Shown here one piece after another: positions 29,463 through 36,217 of a DNA stretch of 36,239 nucleotides. The position numbers were made by a program, and so were the translations under genes. The DNA lies in IMG/VR virus record IMGVR_UViG_3300027801_000069, positions 1-36,239 of that record; one strand, given 5' to 3'. The DNA comes from a virus (Duplodnaviria > Caudoviricetes). The notes beneath the pieces are model-generated. The model saw only the letters and a program-made list of their open reading frames with translations, had not been told where the DNA came from and searched no databases. The first letter of the stretch is position 1; every line of letters begins with the position of its first letter.

Positions 29463-29852
29463 ATGAAAATACAAGACATAGATATTGATACATTAAGGCA
29501 AAAATGTTGTGATTTATTAGCCCAAAGTTATATGGAATTGGGTCAACGGCCAAGTGAAGAAGACATAGTTTCTTTTTCAGTTATTTTGGCAAATGACTTA
29601 AAAGAAGATTTTTGGATGCTCTATTTTATAGACGTTCAAAAGGCATTTCGTAATGGAATTCGTAATACAAAAGAATTTCATATTACTGTAAAAACATATT
29701 ACAGTTGGGTGAAAAGTTGGAGAAAAATAATTAACGAAAACGAAAATAAAGAATCAAATGTTGATAGAAGGATATCATATAGAAGCCGAAAAGGAACGGG
29801 AATAAAACGAATTAGTAATCAAATAAAAAAAATAGGAAATGGAAATAATTAA
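29463..29852 (+). CDS. hypothetical protein, possible helicase loader/initiator partner
   Basis: 129 aa directly after the initiator; DVQKAFRNG...TYYSWVK; function inferred from position only. Confidence 0.45.
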   Translation: MKIQDIDIDTLRQKCCDLLAQSYMELGQRPSEEDIVSFSVILANDLKEDFWMLYFIDVQKAFRNGIRNTKEFHITVKTYYSWVKSWRKIINENENKESNVDRRISYRSRKGTGIKRISNQIKKIGNGNN

Positions 29853-30117
29853 TTTAAGTACAATAGCAATCATCTTAGGGATGGGAATGTTTATCGGAGC
29901 AGGAATAATGTTTCGGATAATGAATAAAGCAGAAGAAAGATTAACAAAAGAATTAGATGTAAAAAGTAATGAACTGCAAAGACGGGATGTTATGGGAGCA
30001 ACTTTTAGGTTTGACAATATGATAGAGTTCGCAAAATTTAATACCTTTCATCAAACGGATTGCAAAACAGTGTACGATAAATTGCATTTATATATATTAA
30101 CAAATAAAATTAACTAG
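29839..30117 (+). CDS. hypothetical membrane-anchored protein
   Basis: N-terminal hydrophobic helix IAIILGMGMFIGAGIMF. Confidence 0.55.
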   Translation: MEIINLSTIAIILGMGMFIGAGIMFRIMNKAEERLTKELDVKSNELQRRDVMGATFRFDNMIEFAKFNTFHQTDCKTVYDKLHLYILTNKIN

Positions 30118-30119
30118 AA

Positions 30120-30512
30120 ATGAATGATAACAAACAGACTATTTTTGTGTACGGGACTTTGAAATTTGGGTTTCATAACGCAGGATTTTTATTAAACAGT
30201 GAAATACTAGGTAGAGGAAAAACAGAAAGTACCTATGCTTTATATGAAGGAGCACTACCGTACTTGACAGATAGAAAAATACACAAAGTCAAGGGAGAAG
30301 TTTACCGAGTATCAAGTGGAACAATGGATTATCTAGATAGATTAGAAGGACATCCGCACTTATACAAGAGAAAGAAAATAGCGGTTCAACTAGATGGCGG
30401 AAAAACACTAAACTGCTGGACTTACTTTTGGACGCAGTCACAAAGAGTAGATTGGAACTTAACAGATGGAGAATATAAACTAAATAATAATACACTATGG
30501 CAAAGAATATAA
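30120..30512 (+). CDS. gamma-glutamylcyclotransferase (GGCT/AIG2-like)
   Basis: IFVYGTLK, GEVYRV and LDRLEGHPHLYKR (catalytic Glu) motifs. Confidence 0.9.
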   Translation: MNDNKQTIFVYGTLKFGFHNAGFLLNSEILGRGKTESTYALYEGALPYLTDRKIHKVKGEVYRVSSGTMDYLDRLEGHPHLYKRKKIAVQLDGGKTLNCWTYFWTQSQRVDWNLTDGEYKLNNNTLWQRI

Positions 30513-30811
30513 ATTTTGAAGGGTGGGTGAAAGGAACTTATGGTTCTTCTAATGACCCTACCGAATTCAACGGAAACAATAGAAGTTGTAACTTATGCGA
30601 GAAGGACGCAGAAAGTATGGATGAATACTGCGAAGACCACCAAAGGTGTATCTTATGTGGGGACAATGATGATTGCGATTGTAAAGAAGAACAAAGTCAG
30701 CGTTCATCTTGTTGTGACGCAAAGATGGAAACAGACCAGAAAATGTGCTACAAATGTAAAGACCACTGTTCAAGCATATGGGAAGAAGCAGTTGAATCGT
30801 GTAGAAAATGA
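30497..30811 (+). CDS. Cys-rich putative metal-binding protein
   Basis: 13 Cys in 104 aa: CNLC, CEDH, CILC, CDC, SCC, CYKCKDHC. Confidence 0.65.
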   Translation: MAKNINFEGWVKGTYGSSNDPTEFNGNNRSCNLCEKDAESMDEYCEDHQRCILCGDNDDCDCKEEQSQRSSCCDAKMETDQKMCYKCKDHCSSIWEEAVESCRK

Positions 30812-31008
30812 AACAACGGGATAGATTTGGTAGTGAGATGAAGGAAAAACTTACAGATTTCAGGGTGCAATTACTTTCCTTAGATGAGATAATTACTTGG
30901 TTAGATAATTATTATAAGGCAAAATACTTTGAGGTTACAAAAAGTTTTATAGCTTTGCAAGATGGCGGAAAAGTTAAAAAATCTGAATCCAAAAAGGGAG
31001 GAGAATGA
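30808..31008 (+). CDS. hypothetical protein
   Basis: ATGA overlap with the previous gene. Confidence 0.5.
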   Translation: MKQRDRFGSEMKEKLTDFRVQLLSLDEIITWLDNYYKAKYFEVTKSFIALQDGGKVKKSESKKGGE

Positions 31009-31189
31009 ATCGTATGATGATTACAAAGTACGACAAAGGGAAAATACTGTATGGTTAGAAAGAAGATTACAGGGCTACCTCTTTTGGAACAGCAAACAAC
31101 GGGGTACTTATACTAGAAAACTTGGTAAAGAATTAGAAGATGGCATACAATACGATAAAATGGGTTCTAAGAAGTCATATCAAAAGTAA
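30962..31189 (+). CDS. hypothetical protein
   Basis: PKREENESYDDYKVRQRE...RLQG..FWNS..RGTY, a pattern common in small phage proteins. Confidence 0.6.
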   Translation: MAEKLKNLNPKREENESYDDYKVRQRENTVWLERRLQGYLFWNSKQRGTYTRKLGKELEDGIQYDKMGSKKSYQK

Positions 31190-31319
31190 TCTACTTACAG
31201 TTTGGCAATGGGATGTTGAAAATAAAAACTTTATTTGCACGTTTGGAACGATTGAAGATGACTTGCCAATATACACAGCACAACAGTTATTAGACGTTCT
31301 GCTGGACTTAAAAGATTGA
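31140..31319 (+). CDS. small hypothetical protein (59 aa; not in the ORF track)
   Basis: MAYNTIKWVLRSHIK...LPIYTAQQLL; fills the gap before the terminator. Confidence 0.55.
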   Translation: MAYNTIKWVLRSHIKSNLLTVWQWDVENKNFICTFGTIEDDLPIYTAQQLLDVLLDLKD

Positions 31320-31392
31320 AAGATATGTTACCATTAAAGTAGTAAAAGAGTTGTTAGCACAACGTTATAAACAGTTTATAGTTGAAAAGAAT

Positions 31393-31422
31393 AAGTGATA
31401 CCGCAAAAGTGTCACTTTTTTT
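31393..31422 (+). terminator. intrinsic terminator overlapping a promoter
   Basis: AAGTGATAC-CGCAAAA-GTGTCACTT hairpin running into a T-tract. Confidence 0.6.
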
Positions 31423-31433
31423 CGTATGTTTGC
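31402..31433 (+). promoter_or_regulatory. putative promoter of the nuclease/deazaguanine operon
   Basis: CGCAAAAG at 31402 and TATGTTTG (TAnnTTTG) at 31425-31432; ATG at 31438. Confidence 0.6.
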
Positions 31434-31437
31434 AACC

Positions 31438-31806
31438 ATGAGTGAGCAGAAACTACAAACTGCAATAGTTAAATATCTACAATTAAAACATCCGAACGCA
31501 AGATACTGTGCAAGTTTAGGTGGTATCAGAACTAGTTTCAAGCAAGCGATTAAAGCTAAAGCTACCGGCTATGTTAAGGGTTTCCCAGACTTACAAATTA
31601 CAGAAGCACGTGGAGGTTACTTCGGTTTGTTCTTAGAAATAAAGATGGAAAAAAGATATGCTACAAAAGAGCAAAAAGAATGGATAACAGACTTATCTGC
31701 TAGAGGATATAAGGCAGTGATAGTCAAAGGGATAGATGATTGCATATCGGCAATAGATAATTACTTGAAGTTAAAACAAACAATTACTTGCAAATGCGAA
31801 AAATAA
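31438..31806 (+). CDS. VRR-NUC domain nuclease (Holliday junction resolvase-like)
   Basis: MSEQKLQ, GYVKGFPDL, GLFLEIK and EQKEWI...GYKAVI PD-(D/E)xK motifs. Confidence 0.88.
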   Translation: MSEQKLQTAIVKYLQLKHPNARYCASLGGIRTSFKQAIKAKATGYVKGFPDLQITEARGGYFGLFLEIKMEKRYATKEQKEWITDLSARGYKAVIVKGIDDCISAIDNYLKLKQTITCKCEK

Positions 31807-32126
31807 GTAATAAGCAAAAGAAAATAAATCAGGAATTAAAGATAGTTTATGAAGAAATAAAAGAAACTAGGGGTCATTACTGCACAGGTTGTGGTAGGTC
31901 GGATGTTCCTTTGTCTTTTAGCCACCTAGTACCAAGAAGTTATAATAGAAATCTAGTTACAAGTAAAGAAAATATAACTTTTCACTGCTTAGGTATGGGA
32001 GAAAGAAAAGGTTGTCATGATATATGGGAATCAAAAGACAGACATAAACTGCTAGACTACCCTAAAAATATGGAAAAGATATTAGAGTTGGATGAAGGGT
32101 ACTATTTTTTAATAAGCGATTTTTAA
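31794..32126 (+). CDS. HNH-like (NinG/Ref-type) zinc-binding nuclease
   Basis: CTGCG, SHLVP, ENITFHC and GCH motifs. Confidence 0.65.
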   Translation: MRKISNKQKKINQELKIVYEEIKETRGHYCTGCGRSDVPLSFSHLVPRSYNRNLVTSKENITFHCLGMGERKGCHDIWESKDRHKLLDYPKNMEKILELDEGYYFLISDF

Positions 32127-32127
32127 T

Positions 32128-32316
32128 ATGAACGAAGATGCAGAATATATGTTTGAATTGCTAAAAGAGTTTAGGGATTTATGGATAATGAAAGGGTTAC
32201 AAGATTTTTCACAGGTAAATGCAAATCATATAACAGCAAAAGGATTGGAGGAATTAAGAATAAAGGTAGATGAACTAGAGATGAGATTAAGAAGCACATT
32301 GCCACTTCATGATTAA
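32128..32316 (+). CDS. hypothetical protein
   Basis: 62 aa, tightly packed between neighbours. Confidence 0.5.
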   Translation: MNEDAEYMFELLKEFRDLWIMKGLQDFSQVNANHITAKGLEELRIKVDELEMRLRSTLPLHD

Positions 32317-32719
32317 AATAGAAAAGAAATACCATTTCTATGCAGGACATAGGAATAAAAAAGCAGGAGTAAAATGCGGTAGACTGCATGGTCATACCTA
32401 CGATCTAATTTGTTTATTTGAGTTCACTGAAATAAAGGACGGAGTAACAATGCTATTTTCAGATATAGATGATAAGGTTCAACCGATTCTTAAACAGTAC
32501 GACCACTACTTTCTATTATTTCAAGACGACCCACTTTGCGAAATACTTGACCTAGCAAATGAACCGTATGTTAAACTTCCTTTTGAAACTAGTGCAGAAA
32601 ACTTGGCTATTTGGATATACAATGAAATTAAAAGAGAGTTACCTATCATAGAAATACAATTAGCAGAAACGAAAACATCAAAAATTATATACAATGAAAG
32701 AGGAGTTCATAAGAGTTAG
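32309..32719 (+). CDS. queD: 6-carboxy-5,6,7,8-tetrahydropterin synthase
   Basis: FYAGH, CGRLHGHTY (CxxxHGH), YDH, TSAENLA and ET motifs. Confidence 0.92.
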   Translation: MIKIEKKYHFYAGHRNKKAGVKCGRLHGHTYDLICLFEFTEIKDGVTMLFSDIDDKVQPILKQYDHYFLLFQDDPLCEILDLANEPYVKLPFETSAENLAIWIYNEIKRELPIIEIQLAETKTSKIIYNERGVHKS

Positions 32720-33407
32720 CGAATACTTTTATTCCATACAGGGAGAGGGGATAACAATGGGAGTACCTAGTGTTTTTATTAGATTACAAGGGTGCAATCT
32801 ACTTTGCAAGAGTGATGATTGGGTTTGCGATAGTATTCCCGTTTGGACGAAAGGAACAAAAATGCTAGTACGGGACTTGGTAAAGGAGATATTTGGTAAG
32901 TATCATAAATATCTAACAAAGGGAGCACATCTAATTTTCACAGGTGGAGAGCCAACAAGCCAACAAGATGCAATAAAAGAATTTCTAGATATCTATTATC
33001 AGAAATATGAATACTGCCCTTATATAGAGATAGAAACTAATGGCACGAAAGTTATAAAAGAGGATTTATTAAAGGATTTAGATTTAATAAATTGTTCTCC
33101 TAAGTTATCCAACAGTGGTATGAAGCAGGAACGAACGATAAAGCATGATGCACTTAAAGTAATTAATGACCATTACGGTTCACTGTTTAAGTTTGTAGTA
33201 TCTGAAGCAAATGATTTACTAGAGATACAAGATATAATTGACTTGTTACGCTTGAAAGAAGAAAAGATTGTACTAATGCCAGCAGGAGATGATAGGGAGA
33301 AACTAAACAAAGTATCTGCTATGGTTGCTGAAATGTGCAAAGAGAACAATTATTTTTATAGTGATAGATTACAGGTTAGAATTTGGGATGAAGTGGTTGG
33401 AGTTTAA
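32694..33407 (+). CDS. queE: 7-carboxy-7-deazaguanine synthase (radical SAM)
   Basis: EYFYSIQGEG, VFIRLQGCNLLC...CDS, FTGGEP, IETNGT, SPK. Confidence 0.92.
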   Translation: MKEEFIRVSEYFYSIQGEGITMGVPSVFIRLQGCNLLCKSDDWVCDSIPVWTKGTKMLVRDLVKEIFGKYHKYLTKGAHLIFTGGEPTSQQDAIKEFLDIYYQKYEYCPYIEIETNGTKVIKEDLLKDLDLINCSPKLSNSGMKQERTIKHDALKVINDHYGSLFKFVVSEANDLLEIQDIIDLLRLKEEKIVLMPAGDDREKLNKVSAMVAEMCKENNYFYSDRLQVRIWDEVVGV

Positions 33408-33425
33408 CAACAAAAATAGAAAGTA

Positions 33426-34280
33426 ATGCAGAAGAAAAAAATTCAAGAAGGCGTGCGCAAGAAAGTAGCAATAACTTGGGATGATATCTACAAACGAATA
33501 GATTTACTAGATAAGAATAAAAAATACTACGGGATTAAACGTGGAGGAATGGTGATGGCTGGACTTACAAAAAGTGCGGTTCAAGAGGTTAGCGAAGCTG
33601 ATATTATTATAGATGACTTGTATGACAGCGGAACAACTTACCGAAAATGGAAGAAACTTTATCCTGATAAAGAATTCGTATTTGTATATGATAAAAGAAA
33701 AGAATATAAAAACACTTGGCTAGAATTCCCTTGGGAAGAAGCCGGTGAAATAGAAGTGCAAGAAAATGTTACTAGGTTACTTGAATACTTTGGAGAGGAC
33801 TGCACTAGAGAGGGATTACAAGATACACCGAAAAGGTTTATTAAATTCTTTGATGAGTTTCTCAATCCTCCAAAATGGAATTGCACTTCCTTTGAAAGCG
33901 AGGGATATGATGAAATGATAGTTCAAACAGACATCCCTTTTCATAGTTTATGCGAACACCATATAGCACCGTTCTTCGGTGTAGGACATATTGCATACAT
34001 ACCAAACAAAAGAATCGTAGGGCTAAGTAAATTAGCTAGAACACTAGAAACATTTGCTAGAAGATTACAAAATCAGGAAAGAATAACACAGCAAGTAGCA
34101 GAGTTCCTAGAAAAAGAGTTACAACCTCTAGGGGTAGCAGTAGTTATAAAGGCAAAGCATATGTGTATGGAGATGCGTGGAGTGAAGAAGCATAATACTT
34201 TTACGACTACCTCTAAGATGACAGGAACCTTTAGAGATGACAATAAAGCAAGGCAAGAATTCTTAAATTTAATAAAATGA
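33426..34280 (+). CDS. folE: fusion of a Gpt-like type I phosphoribosyltransferase and GTP cyclohydrolase I
   Basis: N-terminal part: ITWDD, GIKRGG, IIDDLYDSGTT (PRPP loop), TWLEFPWE. C-terminal part: REGLQDTPKR, SLCEHH, GLSKLAR, RRLQNQER, HMCMEMRG. Confidence 0.92.
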   Translation: MQKKKIQEGVRKKVAITWDDIYKRIDLLDKNKKYYGIKRGGMVMAGLTKSAVQEVSEADIIIDDLYDSGTTYRKWKKLYPDKEFVFVYDKRKEYKNTWLEFPWEEAGEIEVQENVTRLLEYFGEDCTREGLQDTPKRFIKFFDEFLNPPKWNCTSFESEGYDEMIVQTDIPFHSLCEHHIAPFFGVGHIAYIPNKRIVGLSKLARTLETFARRLQNQERITQQVAEFLEKELQPLGVAVVIKAKHMCMEMRGVKKHNTFTTTSKMTGTFRDDNKARQEFLNLIK

Positions 34281-34837
34281 AATTGAAAAAATACAAAATT
34301 ACCGAAAGAAAGATAACCGACTTAATCAGTGCGGAATACAATCCGAGAAGTATAACGGAAGAAGAATTGAAAGAATTACAAGATAGTATAAAACGTTTCG
34401 GACTTGTAGAACCTCTGCTAGTTAACGTAAACAAAGAACGGAAAGATATAATAATATCTGGTCACCAAAGAATGAAAGTCTGTCAGACCTTAGCTATGGA
34501 CGCTGTACCTTGTATTGAACTCAACCTAACATTAGACAAAGAGAAAGAGTTAAATGTTAGAATGAATAAAAACGGAGGGCGTTTTGATATGGATTTATTA
34601 GCCGTTCACTTTGACAAGGAAACACTGATAGAAATAGGTTTCAAAGATTATGAGTTTACAAATACAGAAGTTAGTATTGACGACTTGTTTGATGATACAG
34701 AAGATTACAAACCTGCAGTAGAAACAAACAAAATAGTTTTAGAATATACAGACGAGGAACATCAGAAAGTAACAGATAAATTAGCCGACTTAGATGGAAC
34801 GAAAGAAGAAATAATATATAAACTACTAGGGTTATGA
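34277..34837 (+). CDS. ParB/Srx N-terminal domain protein
   Basis: YNPR, SIKRFGLVEPLLVN, IISGHQR and LNVRMN motifs. Confidence 0.85.
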   Translation: MKLKKYKITERKITDLISAEYNPRSITEEELKELQDSIKRFGLVEPLLVNVNKERKDIIISGHQRMKVCQTLAMDAVPCIELNLTLDKEKELNVRMNKNGGRFDMDLLAVHFDKETLIEIGFKDYEFTNTEVSIDDLFDDTEDYKPAVETNKIVLEYTDEEHQKVTDKLADLDGTKEEIIYKLLGL

Positions 34838-35571
34838 AAATTTATTTAGCTGGAAGTGGCTGGAATAAGATATGGGAGAAGATGAATTTCTTTACGTTCA
34901 ATCGACTAGAAACTTTCTGGGGTATCAATGCAAAAAAGGAAGGACCAAAAGTTAAACTGTATGATAATTATATGCTAGACAGTGGAGCTTTCAGTATGTT
35001 TGGGAGTAAAGAGAAAACCGATTTAGATGCTTATGTTACAAATATGATTAACTTCATAAATGAATATGATGTAAAACAATTCTTTGAACTAGATATCTAT
35101 GCCTTAATAGGAAAGGAGAAAACCGATATAATAAATAAGCGGATAGAAAAGGAAACAGGGAAGCAAACAATACCAGTCTTTCACTTCTTTCTAGGGACGG
35201 ATGAATACAAAAGAATGTGCGAGGAATATGAATACATAAGTATTTCTGCTAGTGGGTTTTATGCAGCAAAGTGGACTAGAAAAGAACCTGAAAAATTAAG
35301 GAAACTTATTGACTACGCACATAGTAAGAATGTAAGAGTGCACGGTCTAGGTTATACTGCGTTAAATATGTTAGATAAGATGCCATTCGATAGCGTAGAT
35401 AGCACTGCATGGTTAAGTGGGAATAGATTTGGAATGGTCTATGAATGGCTAGGAGATAAGTTTAAGAAACACCCTAAAAAAGAAGGACAAAGAGTTTATA
35501 CTGATAAAACAGCAAAGCATAACTTTCATGAGTGGGTAAAATTTAGTAACTTTGCGAATAAAAACTATTAA
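34834..35571 (+). CDS. dpdA: DNA 7-deazaguanine transglycosylase (DpdA, TGT-like)
   Basis: LDSGAFS, ELD, IPVFH, VHGLG and FDSVDSTAW TGT-fold motifs; clustered with folE, queD and queE. Confidence 0.85.
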   Translation: MKIYLAGSGWNKIWEKMNFFTFNRLETFWGINAKKEGPKVKLYDNYMLDSGAFSMFGSKEKTDLDAYVTNMINFINEYDVKQFFELDIYALIGKEKTDIINKRIEKETGKQTIPVFHFFLGTDEYKRMCEEYEYISISASGFYAAKWTRKEPEKLRKLIDYAHSKNVRVHGLGYTALNMLDKMPFDSVDSTAWLSGNRFGMVYEWLGDKFKKHPKKEGQRVYTDKTAKHNFHEWVKFSNFANKNY

Positions 35572-35576
35572 ATAAA

Positions 35577-36041
35577 ATGGAGACAATACAATTAAAACCG
35601 ATAGAAGTATTCTTTTGTAACATAAACAAGGATATGAATTTAACAGGGCACTGCCACTATGGAGAAGTAATCATAGAATTTGAAACAATAGGAAAGATAG
35701 GTTTTCCAAGTTTCAAAGATACGCACCTAGAAATAGAATCTTTTCTACAAGGACTTAAACTGAAAGGATTAAATATGACAAACGAGGGAGTACTTAGATT
35801 TATAGTAGAGGAATTAGAAAAGTTTGACTATCCTGCTACTGAAAAATACGGTGGGAACTTTAAGCTTTGCACCGTTACCTTAAAGGTTATGGGAGTACAA
35901 GATGAGAATAATCACAGTAACGGCTTTACAACTTATACAAAGATATTGCATAACCCCGTACCAAACACCATAAACACAGACGGAAGCGGTTTCAAATTTT
36001 CAAAAGTATCTGATGAAGAAGTAAAAGAGAAAGGACTATGA
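35577..36041 (+). CDS. putative divergent tunnel-fold (QueD-like) protein
   Basis: HxH motif (LTGHCHYG) followed by a beta-strand, later TNEGVL resembling QueD T/SxE; directly after dpdA. Confidence 0.5.
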   Translation: METIQLKPIEVFFCNINKDMNLTGHCHYGEVIIEFETIGKIGFPSFKDTHLEIESFLQGLKLKGLNMTNEGVLRFIVEELEKFDYPATEKYGGNFKLCTVTLKVMGVQDENNHSNGFTTYTKILHNPVPNTINTDGSGFKFSKVSDEEVKEKGL

Positions 36042-36217
36042 CATCCGACAACGATTATAGCTACGAAATAAAGGTTAAGGTATCAAAGGAAACTTACAGA
36101 AGATGGAAAGAATTAAGAACTAAGATACACAAATTAACAGGTTTCAATAACCCTAGTAAAACAATAGAGTTTGCTATAATAGAGGCATTAAATATACCTG
36201 ATGAATGTTTAAGATAA
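36038..36217 (+). CDS. small ribbon-helix-helix-like protein (59 aa; not in the ORF track)
   Basis: ATGA overlap; YEIKVKVSKETYRRWKEL...SKTIEFAIIEAL strand-helix-helix pattern. Confidence 0.55.
   Translation: MTSDNDYSYEIKVKVSKETYRRWKELRTKIHKLTGFNNPSKTIEFAIIEALNIPDECLR

Noticed and set aside
30540-30824. Alternative + frame ORF of 94 aa
   Set aside because: Almost entirely overlaps the Cys-rich ORF, which has coupled start and stop junctions and clear motifs
191-34434. All minus-strand ORFs in the track
   Set aside because: Short, nearly all antisense to well-supported + strand genes, and without recognisable motifs; treated as shadow ORFs
34834-35571. tRNA-guanine transglycosylase for queuosine synthesis
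   Set aside because: Short, lacks the C-terminal CxCxxC zinc site of bacterial Tgt, no queA or queF, and the ParB/phage context fits DNA-acting DpdA better
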